A stretch of DNA of 64,000 nt, taken from Chrysomallon squamiferum. Lineage: Eukaryota; Animalia; Mollusca. Made by a program: the position numbers and the translations under genes. Shown here one piece after another: positions 14,377 through 28,049 of this stretch. A model generated the notes under the pieces. That model had not been told where the DNA came from and searched no databases. It saw nothing but the letters and a program-made list of their open reading frames with translations. Where the stretch lies: positions 4,588,001 to 4,652,000 of the forward strand of contig CM022670.1 in the NCBI GenBank assembly GCA_012295275.1. Direction: 5' to 3'. Each line of letters begins with the position of its first letter. Position 1 is the first letter of the stretch.

Positions 14377-14924
14377 ATGAAACGGACGAACAGACTGAAG
14401 TGACGTCATTCAGGAGACTGTCTGGTTCTCAGTCGGACAACATCATCAGCAGCACTACGTTCGGACAGAACGGTAACACGTTGACGTTCGAGACGTTCGT
14501 GCCTCGCAACCAGCAGACGCGCTTCAAACCAGCAGCAAGCCACCTGGCGACTGATCCGCACCATCACAGATTGGTCGCGAAATGCGTGAGTCCGTTCGAC
14601 GATCCTCTTCAGGCGAAAAGGGCGAGTCTCGGCAAACGAGTCACTTTTGCCTCGGACGCCCTGACGCAGAAGAATCTTCAGAATCTCGAGAGATACCTTC
14701 ATATCAGAGAGGGCAAACCTCCTGGAAATAAGTTCGCCTTCGTTCATCAGCATCCAGAGATTCTGCCAGCTAACACAGAACTGGTGGCGAACTCCGGAGT
14801 GTGGTTTCCTCGCCTGTCTCGAAACATGGACGATGACGATAACACCACGACGTCCGGTAGTTACACGATAGGTTCAGAGGATATCGACGATATGTTCTGT
14901 GACAATTATCATTCGGTTTCATGA
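14377..14924 (+). CDS. PCDH: Protocadherin terminal coding exon (cytoplasmic tail) of the upstream gene
   Basis: Acceptor ctatttttccttacag|. The G from the previous exon plus AT gives GAT, in frame with the 188-aa ORF in the track. Contains KRVTF (14634-14648) and DDDDNTTTSGSYTI (14829-14870), a motif I recognise from mollusc protocadherin tails. Stop TGA at 14922-14924. Confidence 0.9.
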
Positions 14925-15240
14925 GCAGACGTTGAGTTAGTTGAAGGAGTAGTTATCATTCATTTTCATGAACAAACTTTAAGGATTAGTTCAGTGAAAC
15001 TAATCATATAATTTCATGAACAGCGTTTGCGTTTATTGAACTAAAATTTATCATTCGGAATTTTTTTTTTTTTTTTGTAAGTAAAAGATATTTAATTTCG
15101 GGAATATATCATTCGAATTCGTGAACAGATAAGGACTTTGTAAAGTAAAAAATATTTAATTTCGTGAACAGAATCTGTAATAGCTGGGTAACAGTTATTA
15201 CATAATTTTATGCACAGCATTTACGTTTGTTACAGGAAAA
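14906..15240 (+). repeat. Degenerate ~47-bp tandem repeat (~7 units) beginning in the last codons of the CDS
   Basis: Units start TTATCATTC..TTTCRTGARCA at about 14906, 14953, 15001, 15048, 15107, 15152 and 15195. Confidence 0.7.
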
Positions 15241-15426
15241 TGATAATTCACTATGATTAAGTGACTTTGGTAATATGAGGTAACACGTTACATATTCACT
15301 TGTGGTGATAATTCTGTTCTGAGTGCTCAACAATGCTGATACTTTCTGTAAATGTATACATTTGGTCGTAGACACAAGATCGAAACTTAGAACAACGAAT
15401 GCCGTGTATTAGAAAATAATAATAAA
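14925..15426 (+). other. Proximal 3' UTR of the upstream protocadherin, to the first AATAAA (true end unknown; may extend to ~18355)
   Basis: Follows the stop codon. AATAAA at 15421-15426; further AATAAA include 18301 and 18350. Confidence 0.45.
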
Positions 15427-17559
15427 AAAATGCATCTCGCATTCACCGGTGTAGAGGTAGGCCAGAAACAATGGAAAGAAAGACACATCAACAGAAATGC
15501 TCAGTGCAGTGTATTTACTACCTCATTTTGTCATCTAATTTATCCTTTCTTTCAATCGTGTTTAAAATATAATTGTAAACGATTTTGACAAGTATTGGTG
15601 TGTGCACGAAAATCTACTTCACTTGTGAATACGAATAATTAAATTATTGAAAACAAAATCCTGCATAGCTTTAGTGTTTGTTAAGATAACTTACCACTGG
15701 TGTAGACAATTTTAAGTTGATTTCTTCAGAGCAAAGTAAGTTTTTCGTGGGGATAGTCTCTGACATCCCGACAGACTTTTAATACGTTTGTTTTGTAGAA
15801 TGGATTGTAGAACGAAAGGCGATGGAGGAAGGAAAGTGGATTGATCATAATTAGAGACTGTTTTGGGAAACATAGATAAAGATCTAAGAAAATTTTCCAT
15901 AAATAAATAATGAAAAACAATACAACCTTGTCTGACGCCTACGGTAAAAATTATTTTGCGACTTTAAGTCTTTTCTTTAAATCCTTGCAAAGATGAAAGT
16001 CGTTTAAGATTCTGACAAAATGGACTATAATTCCGATTCTGAATTGGTTTGAATCCAGTGTGTAAAAGCTTTAAATTTCATACTAACAAAAACAGAGTGA
16101 TTAAGGATTAATTTGAATTCATACTATTTGAATGTTATTAAAGTTACAAAGAAAAAAAATATAATAATAACAATAAAAAAACAATTAATAAAAAAAAGTT
16201 TATCGCAAATAAATCATAGTGAATAGCATTAATAGTTAACTAAGAAAATTGCAAAATATTTGCAAAATTGCATAAAAATGCATTGTGTTTTATTTTTATT
16301 TATTTTTTATTTTTTAAAATTCTTTAGAAACGGAAAATGACTGTGTTTTGGCTTTATTACTGTAACAAATTAAAATTTATATATATATATAAAAATGAAA
16401 AATTACAAATGCCTTGATTCTGCGAAAACAGTCACCTAACAGACAGAGTGTTTATTAATTACATAAAGCCTCAGAATCTGTTTTTTCAACAGACGAAAAA
16501 CGCTCTACGTGATTTGTTGTTTCGTTGTCATGTTTTGGAATTGCTTGTTCTGTTAATGTATATATCGCATTGTGAGAATATTTTTCTTTTCCTTGTATAT
16601 TTTTTTTCAAATTGCTTTACCAGAGTTAACAAACAACAACGACACACACAGTTCAGTGTTATTTTCTTGCCTGTTTCGTTTAATTTAAGTAAATAATAAT
16701 CTGAATTTAAATTTTACTAAATCAGTTACAATAATTTAGGAATCATTATCATGAATCAATGAATTACAGAACTAAATAATCAAGTAATTAACGAAAAAAA
16801 ATGAATGATTGAATGAACGAATGAATGAAAGAAGGAATGAATATGTCATTGAAAGCTCAGTACAGTTTTGGTATTAACAGAGATGTTAGAGTTGTGGATT
16901 ATTTGAGTCATCACTGTAGTACCACACTGTAGTATTCTGGCGTCAAACTAGAAATTATTGTTAACCTTAAACATCCCTACAGATTTCTCAACACACTAGT
17001 CGTTTAGTAAAAGCGCAGTAAAGAGGGTTGTTCCTGGCACCTTTATTTCGTCATGCTGTTGCCAGAACTATCAGTTACATCTCCACGTGTTTTCAGTTAT
17101 ATCATCATGTATCTATGTTTAAATTCGATGTGTACAGTTTGCGGTTAGCTACTGCGTGGAAGGGTTGACGTTAAAATGATTTTCATGTGTTATTTTGTTG
17201 TTTGTACAGTTTACATGGTACTGTTGCCCATATTTTTGTAACATACTTGATGTCTGAGCTTCTTTTCAAATGGAACTTGTGTTTGTGGAGATGATTCTTA
17301 TAAATATATATATATATATATATAAATTATTTGTAATCCTATTTTTAATATTTTATCAACTTTCTATTACGTAAGCGTTATTTCTAAAATTCACTTAATA
17401 TTTTTGCCGTGGAACATTACTGAAATAATTATCAGATAGTCATTACCAAAAAGGCATATTTGTAATGTCTGCTATTAGCTGAAAGAAAAAAACATTACAA
17501 CTTCATATAATGAAAATTAACGAGAAAAAGTATGTATGTACTTCCATATACGCGCACAC

Positions 17560-17700
17560 ATACATAAATACATACATACAGACACACATACACACACACA
17601 CATACATACATACATGCATACATACATACATACATACATACATACATACATACATACATACATACATACACACACACACATCATGCACACATATATACAT
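17560..17700 (+). repeat. (CA)n/(CATA)n compound microsatellite
   Basis: Directly visible. Confidence 0.9.
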
Positions 17701-18029
17701 GTATACTTGGATGGGTTTTTTCCTTCCAGTAAATACAGTCTCCTAGTACATATAACTCAGTATGGAAGTTCAAGCTTGAGAAAAAAAAAAAAAAAACATA
17801 AAAATGAAAAGGCGGTATGACACATCGATTGGTCATTAATTACTGATTGTGCTAATGGGCGATGTTCTTGGAACTGCAGCTAAAAGCATGTCAAAAGTGT
17901 GTCTGGATTTCAAGAAATTTCATATCTCTTTCGCGGCTTCAGTTAATGGACAATGGCTTAAATTGATAGCATCAATATAGGTAAAAACATTTCTTTGTCA
18001 TCTGACATGTATATTAATATGTATATTAA

Positions 18030-18079
18030 TATGTATGTATGTATACATGTATGAATGTATGTATGTATGTATGTATGTA

Positions 18080-18137
<58 letters not shown>
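18030..18137 (+). repeat. (TATG)n/(TG)n compound microsatellite
   Basis: Directly visible. Confidence 0.9.
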
Positions 18138-18138
<1 letters not shown>

Positions 18139-18603
18139 CTCTTTGTGGGTGTGGTGGGTGGGTAAGTGTGTGTGTGTGTATAAAAGAGTTATCATGCACA
18201 CCTTAATACATAGCTGCTCTCAAATAAATGTTCTTACCTACCGTTATCATGTTTATCTGATTTATCAGTTGAATTTCTAAATAATCTCCATAATTTATTG
18301 AATAAATTATTTTCGATTATTTTTTTCCAATTCATATAAAAATTATATGAATAAACTGTATTATATGTAATTTATTTTAAAAGATTCGTATTATATTTTA
18401 AATAAACACATATATTTTTTATTCCAAACACAAACAGTTATATATAAAATATATTATAGCTTTATTGTTTACACTGACAGAGAAATCACATACTGAATTT
18501 ATCACAGAGTGATTTAAAAACAAAGTCTGACATATATTTTATTAAAGTCTCACCAACTAAACAACAAAATGCACAAAATTTTAATTAGTAAATGTAGATT
18601 ATA

Positions 18604-18666
<63 letters not shown>

Positions 18667-19403
18667 AATTATATCATGAACAAAACTTTTATTTATAAAA
18701 AAATATATATATATATTTTCCACTTAATATATTATAGCAAGAATTGGACTGATACTTTTGTGGGTCATTTTAAAAATATCCTATAATAAATCGTTTTTAT
18801 ACGACTGTATTAATCATAAAACTAATTATATAATATAGACTTGCATGCAGATACACACGCAGTCACACACACACACACACACGCACGCATACACACACAT
18901 TCACGCTCGCATACACACACAAACGCACCAGATAAATTTTAACTATAGATATTAATGTACGGACTGAACAACGAACTAAAACGCTCAGTATATTTCACAT
19001 TCCACGCTCTGTTGTTCCGTATGTCTGTCTTTCATACTGTGTCAGTGCCATTGTAAATCTGGAAATTAAATGTTGATAAAACTACAGTTTTCTCGTTGTT
19101 CTTTTTATTATTATTTGTATTATTATTTTGTCGTCATCGTCATCAGTTTTTTTTGTGATTAACTCTTAAACTTTGAACAAGTAAAATCTAAACCCATATG
19201 TATTGTCTTTAAAAAAAAGAAAAAAAAAAAAAGAAGAAAAATACAATCATAAAATGTATTTTCGAAACATTCATGACATTATAATTATCTTCCTTTTGAG
19301 ACTCATTCATAAAATAATGAAAATAAAGTTGATTTCAATATGTGTCCCCCACTGAGAAATGTTAGATTATGATATTCAAAAGTAATATCTTTTTAACAAC
19401 TGG

Positions 19404-19424
19404 TAGTAGTTGTAATAGCAGTAA

Positions 19425-19461
<37 letters not shown>

Positions 19462-19565
19462 AGTAATAGTAGTAGTAGTTGTAGTAAAGGTGGTAGTAGT
19501 CGTAGTAGTAGTAGCATTAGTAATAGCAGCAACAGCAAAAGTAGTAGTAGTACCAGTAGCAGTAT
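19404..19565 (+). repeat. Imperfect (AGT)n tract
   Basis: Directly visible. Confidence 0.9.
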
Positions 19566-21315
19566 CATAATCATATATAACTTCTGTGTAACACGATGTA
19601 ATCATATAGACAGACAGACTGACAGTTACACAGATGCACATTCTTGAAGTAAAATGAAAAATAAAACAAAACAGCTTCTTAGACAAAGAAAGAAACAAGA
19701 AGAAACAGACAGACAGAAGGAAAACTGACAAGAAATATTTGACAGTGTTTTAATAATGAAAGCTCAGTTCTTCAAATCTCGCCCCACCAAATTTGGCTCA
19801 TGGGAAACATTCCTGGCGCACGCTGCAAATACATGCACGCATCACAGTAACGGATACTCTATATTATTTCGTCACACGTGACATCATTTAGCTCCAAAAT
19901 AGAAAGTGCAGTATGCTGTGGCATGTATTAGCTTATTACACACATCTCACTGGCAGGGAAACAAGCCAGGGCTGCTGTGGATAGGATAACCTTCAAGAGG
20001 ACACTCTCACCCTTACCAAAGTTCCGTTTGACAGCCAAACCATATTTTTGCAGAGCAGAGGAACAAAATAAAAAACAACCAAGAAGATGACGTGATAATA
20101 AAAAAAAAAATTCGTCTAAATCAACAGCTCTAACTTATCGTTTGTATTTATATCTGAATCCAGACGAGGTGCGAACTTAAGTTCTCCAAAACAATGTCGA
20201 GAGAATTGACTTTCCAGTGATGGTTTTTTTTTTTTTTTTTGTGCCCACACACCGTCACAGGCTAGTCGAGCGTATAAAAACAAGAGTGAGGTAGGAACGG
20301 AAGGAAAGATGGTAGAAAGAAGAAAAGAAAGAGTTGGAGGGAAGATAGACATGTAAAACGAGAAAGAATGCGATCAAGAAGGAAAGAAATAATGAATAAA
20401 TGAAAGAAAGAAATAATTGATGGACGATAGAAAGAAAAGACGAATGAATGAATGAAAAAAGAAGAAATGAAGGAAACAAGACATTAAGTACACAAAGTTA
20501 TAAAACAAATCAGATGTACAGATGAAGGGAAGAAATAAGAGCATAAAGAAAGAAAAATGAATAATACGAATGAATAAAAGCTGGCACAATGTCAGGGAAG
20601 GCATACGTTCGAAATCATGAAAAGAAAGTAAAAAAAAGAAAAAAACAAGAAAGCCAGACATATAAAAAGAGAAAGTAAAACAGCAGTAAAAAAAAAAAAA
20701 AAAAAAAAAGAAAGAAAAATAGAAATAAGAAAAAAATAAATAATAGAAACACAAGAAACCGAGAAAGAATATGAAACCTTCACAAAATGACAAAAATATA
20801 TATACATTAAAATTTGATTACATGGAAGAAATAAGGATAATGAAAACGAAAGAGAAAATGTAAATCAGAGAAAACATAAAAGCTTTAACAATAAAAAGTT
20901 AATTTAAAAATAAAAGCAAATACATAAAATGCGAAATAGAAAACGAAGAGATCATTCTAACACGAGAAATAATAAATCAACGAACGAATGTTTCAGAATT
21001 TAAGAAGAATCAAAAAACTTGAATGACAAAATAAATACTAATAAAGAAATGAAATACAGGTGTGAAAGATCGCTGAGAGAAATGAAAAGAAATGAAAAAA
21101 CAGAACAGAGAATATTAAAAACGTAAGAAAGAATAGAAAAGGAAAGCAATAAATTGTGAAATGCGCTTCTGTGCACAGAAAATAAAACAAGCATAAAATC
21201 ATATATTCACATTGCACGCATGCATAAAAGTATACAGCCAAACGGCTATGAGAGTTAAAAAAAAAATACGACAGACAGAAAGTGAATGGGGGAAAAAAGG
21301 AATGAAGGTGGGAGG

Positions 21316-21318
<3 letters not shown>

Positions 21319-21390
<72 letters not shown>
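21319..21390 (+). repeat. (GA)n microsatellite
   Basis: Directly visible. Confidence 0.95.
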
Positions 21391-21394
<4 letters not shown>

Positions 21395-21852
21395 AATTTA
21401 ACAGAAATAAGTAAATAGAGACAATGATAATGCCTGGAAGGAAACAAGAGAAAGACAGATAGACAGACTCACCGTCAGATCATAACACGTACAAGCCATA
21501 AACGTATTTCCTGTAATTGTCAAACATCTGAAATATATCTGTGTTTACATAAGATAAGGGTTTTGATAAAATGACTTCATTTAATCAAATAAGTTATATT
21601 TAATCATCTTATTATGGAAAAGCCTAAAGCATCAAAAAGATACCATTGTAGTTAGATAGTATTACGTACTTCTGTCTCTCTCTAATCTGAAACGAAGCAA
21701 CCATATGCAGTATAACATTCACAAAAATAACAAAATAAATCTTGACTTACAAAAGCAGAAATTATCTTTGCAAAAAAATAAAGCTGTAGTAAATCTAGCG
21801 AGAACACTGAGCGGTAAGTATTTTACCAGTAGCTGCTTAAAACTTTGGATAG

Positions 21853-21952
<100 letters not shown>

Positions 21953-24900
21953 TCATTTTTCCTGTATTTTTATTTGTTATATTTTTTTATGTTTGTATGT
22001 ATTATTTGTATGCGTTTGAATAAAAATATATTATTTGTTACTTGGTCTTAATTCTATATTAAATACGTTTGTGAGTTGAATATGTGTTTGATTCATAATA
22101 AAACTTGAAAGGTTTTATTCTAATGTTTTTAAATTAAACTAATTAATTTAACAAGTTCGCTTTGAAAACGCTAAAACAGAAAATTGATTTATGCTTAGAG
22201 AGATTTAATTACAATAAACATTACTGTCCTCAGAAAAGGATTTTCCTCCAACTTGATTTAATTTTAAAACTTTCTTCACAACCACCAAAAGCTTGCATAC
22301 ACTTATGAATTATTAAATAAAACGCAGATCGTTCTATGACTGAACTTTACCTTTCTGTACGACATCTCATTTCTGATAGTTATTTTCTGAATAAAACCTT
22401 TGACTTACAAGCTCTTTGAAATAAACATAAAGAATCTTGGATGTCTTCTAACACTGCACTATTTTAAGTTAACATACTAGTGGACGAAACGGGTTAATGA
22501 TCATTACGTTTCCATTAGTTATAAACAGGTGACGGTACCCAGATTCGATCGGGCTGCAACAAGTTCTAAAGCTCGTTCTGCTCAATTTGACAGAGGTTAC
22601 CACGCATACAGGTCTGTCACTGAAACAAGAAGTTAGTATCAAAGTGACGTTAGCGCGTAATTATTTTAAAAAGCTGAACAAGAAGTGATTACTTTTGTTT
22701 ATGGTATTTTTAACCTTTTAAACTTTCCTCGCCTCGCTAACACAGTCAGCGCTGCTTTCAGCGGCCAATGAGCGAACAAAGCTTTCATACAGACGAAATT
22801 ACACCGATCACAGAACAATGGCGTGGAGCTGTAATGGAGACTGGGCTAATGGCGAAGGTAGGTGATGAAATTTGCCAAGACAATACGCCAGGATGGTGTG
22901 GTGAGCGTTCATATTCTACTAATTACGGTATAAATTAATTAAACTGCTCAGTTGATTGGTATCTTGTTCTTCCGCCTTGCCCCAGGCTCATTCATATACG
23001 ATGCTTGGTAAAATTGATCCTATACAAAACCAGTCAAGCCTGTTTTATGCGTCACTGTCAGACCAGAGGCTACAGTTAAAACAAAAAATTATTTCTTGAT
23101 GACATTTTCTTTTCATATCTATGACCAATTGTGCCTAATTAAGAAACTGGATAGTTTTAATATGATTATAATTTTCAAAAGTCTATAATTATATATTACT
23201 CTGAACCAAGATGGTGTGTTTGTATTGTTTTATTTTCTAAATTATTTCCTTTTATAAACTTGTCCAATAAAAATTACAGTTTGATTGGAACTGAGACATT
23301 CGTCACAAAGTATGAATGTTTAATAAAAAAAATATATATATAAAATAAACAATTCTGCACAATAACCTGCAACATTTGATATTTCAGTTTTATCAAATTC
23401 TTAATTAAGTCTTATAACTTACCATCTAAGACAATGGTTTTATATCTTTTGGTATTTTTTCTTCACCTAACATTTGTCTTTCTTTTATTGTTAGTTAGCG
23501 TTGTTTCTTTCTATATATACTGTTTTCCTTTTATTATTATTATTAAACATTTTGCAAAGGGTCCTTTTGTTTTGGTTAGATTTATAATTTGTGCAATTCT
23601 AATTTTTTTTTTTTTCTGACGATTCTCTTTTTCAGATTAATAACCCCTTTACAGAATGACTCCTTCATTCTGGTTCTTAACGTCATCAGCCTCGTTTTTA
23701 CCAGCTGCGGCGATTCTTCCAGTTGATCAGGCTAATTGCTGTGTTTCTGCATGTTGCGCCAGTTTAGCTCAGGACTGCACAACATGCATACTTCCTCTTG
23801 TACTGATGTGATGACATGGCTGGATCTGTGTTCCCAATCTAAACACGCAATGTCTCATTCCTCATTTTTTTTTTTTTTTTTTTTTTTTTTTACTGCTCTT
23901 TCTTTCCTTTCTTTCTTTTTTACGAAATCGATTAGCTGTGTTTTGTAGCCGTCAAAAGCAATATCCGGTCTTTTTGTTCATCGAAGTCTGAATCAAGAAG
24001 TGTTTTCGACATAACGTTGCCATCACAATAGGATGACTGTTCCGTGCAGGAAATATTGTATTTCTGCAAGCTTCTTTAACAAACATTACATACCGCCATG
24101 TGCCATTAATGCTGTTATTCTGATTAATACATTGGCAGCGAAAACTGCACAAGCATCGATTCTTTCAAATCAAGTGCTAAAATTATACAGGCCTTAATTT
24201 CATAAAATTGAACTAGCTAAAATAAAGCAAACATATTCGCTTTAAGAATACTAAGAGCATGACGCGATTTGGTCACTCATTAGATCGATCAGTGGTATTT
24301 TCTATTATGTGTAGAATAACAATATATTTAGAAACAAAGCATACAATTTCTGAAAGATGTTCTGTTTATGCTTCTATATTTGTTTTTACATTCATCATCT
24401 TTTTTAACCTTTTTGTCCATAACATATATTGAATTCTGTACCGGAATTCGTAACAATAACTACAGAAGATTTAGTTATGTAAACGTTTTAGCTTGGTTTC
24501 AAATTACTGCTTTACAAAAAAGCATCAATTGTTGTGTAGATATGCAATTACCAGCAGTTCAGAACAAAGATTTTGTTTCTGCTTATTGAATCATTTTTTT
24601 TTTGTTGAATATCGACTGGTATATTTTAATATTTCATCAACCTGGCTTTGATTTCTACAGGCAACATTCAATAACATAGTTTTATTATTTAGTTATTTCT
24701 TAAAAGAGAATTATTGATATTCAGTATGATGTTTATACATAATGTTAATCCACTGTTTTGTCCTTTAATCTAGAATTGTGAATGCAATAACATCCAGTAA
24801 ATCTTATATTTCAGAGTGCATCCAAGATTTCAAACTAAGGGCTGGACCACCATTTTGGTGAGCGTATCTTTCACTATTAGATATCGAATGCAAAATATAT

Positions 24901-25713
24901 ATAAATATTATAGACACACACACACACACACACACACATACACACACACACACACACTCACACACTCACACACACTCACATGTATATATAAAACGCTTTT
25001 TACAAGACGGACAAGAAATCTAATTCCTTTATAGTTTATTGGTTGAAGCGGAGCAGCTCACTTCAGACAGTAAGTTATGGTTGGAGGGACAACATGAGGA
25101 GAGTACAGAGTGAAAAACGCTTCAGGTGATCTTCCAGGACGAAGAAAAAGACATCTTGAAGACCTCTAGACATCTTGCACGTCCAACACATCAGTCGATG
25201 TACACGTTTGTTCCCGCACAGTCAGACTTGCTCAGCTTTGAAGTTGAAGTGTGCGGATATCGTATAATACTGTAAACTGCCTCGAGACAAATTTCTACAT
25301 CAGAATTATTCCACAACACGCAGAGCCAAAACATATACATTTTTTTTTTTTTTTTTTTTATGTTCGTTTTGTCTGAGAGCATAGTTTAGTTACTGCCATA
25401 TTTGAATGCTGTTCTGGTGAAAGTTAAAATATGTAATTTATAATTATTAATTATATACATTCTTTTTGTTGGGGTGTCTTTTCTTTCTTGTCTTTTCTAA
25501 GTTCTACTCTTTTTATCTACTTTTTTTTTTTTTTTTTTTTTCTTTCCGTTTTTGTGGTAGTAGTAGTTATTGTTTTTGATAAAAAAACAAAACAAAAAAA
25601 CAACATAAATGGCTTTCTGTTTTTCTTAAGTTTTTACCGTAGTAATTATCCAGTTATCAATCAAAAATGTATAGTGAGTTATTATTGAAGCTATTATTAG
25701 TAGAAAAACGGGA

Positions 25714-25716
<3 letters not shown>

Positions 25717-25798
<82 letters not shown>

Positions 25799-25950
25799 TA
25801 AAAGTCGTAATAATAACAACAACAACAATAATAGTAGTAGTAGTAGTAGTAGTAGTAGTAGCAGTAGCAGTAGTAGTAGTACTAGTAGTAGTAGTAATAG
25901 TACTAGTAATAATAATAATGATGACTGTGATCACAATAATAATAATGATA
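25717..25950 (+). repeat. Compound (AAT)n/(ATT)n/(AGT)n tract
   Basis: Directly visible. Confidence 0.9.
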
Positions 25951-26612
25951 ATTGAATTACTGTCTTATTTCTGTGTTTTTAAAAAATGTTAATTGTTCAC
26001 CAAGAGATTTGTTTTCAGTTTCTTCTTATTTTTTTTAACTTATTTAATTTATTGGGGTTTTTTAATTACTTTTTTCGTTTTATTTTTTATTTTTTATTTT
26101 ATACTTCTTTTTTTTTTTTTTTTTTTTCGTTTTTTAAATTAAATTTCGTTTTCGTACATCTTACTCCTCTGCGTTTAAAGATTATAACTATCAGCTTTCC
26201 TTCGTTTTTCTTCGCTATTTTAATCTTAAATTTTAATATCTTTGGCTGAAGATTTTTGTAATATGAGCTATTCGTTTTTCATTTTAATTTGTTATTTTAA
26301 TTTATTTGACATTTGTTTGTTTTTCTTCGAGATAATACACTACTAACAAAATATTTTTAAAAAATCAAATTGCAATAATTATATTCATGTCAAAAATAAA
26401 ATATATTTCAGAAAAAGAAACCAATTACTGTTTTTTTAACTCAAATGTTGTACTAAATGTTACCTTTTAATGCGTTTTTCTTTCATCGAATGGCTAACAG
26501 AGATGAATGTGATATATTTTGCTAACAGTATTCCATCAGATTGGTTCAAGTACGCCTGTAGAGTACGCACTCTCTAACTTAACATTACATTTTCATTCAA
26601 GATATATATGTG

Positions 26613-26647
<35 letters not shown>

Positions 26648-27150
26648 GTGAATGTGCATGTGTAAGTATGTATGTATATTCTGAATATACTTAATGATTG
26701 ACAGTATACAAAATAATATTAGCAGAAACCTCTTGTTAACCAGATAAAAAGGCACGCGAAAAATGTTTGTTTAAAAAAAATAATAAAAAAAGAACAACAA
26801 GAACAAGAACAAGATGAATTCAACAGTTAATTACTTTTTATGAATCATATTTTTTAATGTATTTAATTATTGACTCCATTTGTAATAAAATATTGTAACA
26901 CTCGGTACAATGCTTTCTACATTGTAATAATGATTCCAGCTCTAAATTATAAAAAATTAATAAATGCAATAAAACAGGTAACCCAGTGAAGTTCTGATAT
27001 CATATGAAGTGTTACATATATGCGCACTCTGTATCATGTAGGCTGGTATAAAAGATTCAACGGTTAAAATGCAATGTGAAATTATTGCTCTGGAATATAC
27101 TTGAATATTGTTATTTACACTGCTTTTAGCAGTTAAATGTGTTCCGGTTG

Positions 27151-27164
27151 GTTACCATGGTAAC
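27151..27164. promoter_or_regulatory. Perfect palindromic RFX X-box
   Basis: GTTACCATGGTAAC matches the RFX consensus GTNRCCATGGYAAC. Binding and function are not shown. Confidence 0.55.
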
Positions 27165-27977
27165 AACACTTCATCCAGTTTCCCACAGAAACAAAGAGAT
27201 TTCTGTTATAAACAAAGTAAACCCGATATCGAAGATCTCTTAGATTACAAATTCAGACAAATCATTATAAAGCTGAGACGTTTATTAAACTACTTTCTAA
27301 TTCTATATTTTGTAATTAAAAAAAAAAGAAAAAAAATTCGTTTAAATTTTAAATTTAAGATACTACAAGTAAATGTTGTCAATGAATACTAGCCTAGATT
27401 ATAAATATGTTTGATAATTTTTTGTTTATATTTAATTTAAGAGAAACCATTCGGCAAACATATAAACAGAAAACATTTTATGTGACACATCAGTTAGGCT
27501 TAACCCATCAAGTTATTAAACATATTTAGCTCTTCTAATCTCTGTGCGTTTATTCATCTAAACCATTAGTAATAATTTCATTTGACTCTGCATGCTCGTA
27601 TAACACTAATCCCTACTATACAGATGATTACAAAAAGTCATAAAAAAACATTCATCCATCAAAGGCTCATCTTCAGACTTTTTTCTGCCATTCAGTAACT
27701 CTGTCTAGGGCGTCAAATGTCCATCAGACACGTCCTAGAGAGATAATGAAAACTAAAACTGAAATAAGCGGCCCAATAGATTCTTTTTTTCTGCACAGAT
27801 CTTTTGAAAAAAAAAAAAAAAAAAAAAGACGGGGTCAAATCAATACCATCTGAGGCGAACTTCTTCTCGGTTCACGAAACGTCCACTTCATTGTTTTCTA
27901 CATGTCCAGTTCTTGTGTCTGTGTGATCAAAAGGAAGCTCTTTGATGGCCAAATCTGTAAAAATACCGTGGACACCC

Positions 27978-28049
27978 ATTTGACTATGAGAATGCAAACA
28001 CGAACAGAGAGCTGAGGATCCTATTTGACTATGGGAATGCAAACACGAA
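27978..28049 (+). repeat. 27-bp direct repeat, 45-bp period, 1 mismatch
   Basis: atttgactatgagaatgcaaacacgaa (27978) and atttgactatgggaatgcaaacacgaa (28023). Confidence 0.85.

Noticed and set aside
14406-14753. 115-aa minus-strand ORF
   Set aside because: Antisense shadow of the terminal coding exon.
14906-15240. CRISPR-like repeat/spacer appearance of the ~47-bp array (also the 37901 and 52430 arrays)
   Set aside because: Eukaryotic context, degenerate repeats, spacers related to each other and no cas genes; these are ordinary minisatellites.
25110-25275. ~53-codon open frame (..LQVIFQDEEKDILKTSRH..) in a GC-richer island
   Set aside because: Short, no recognisable motif and no convincing splice sites.
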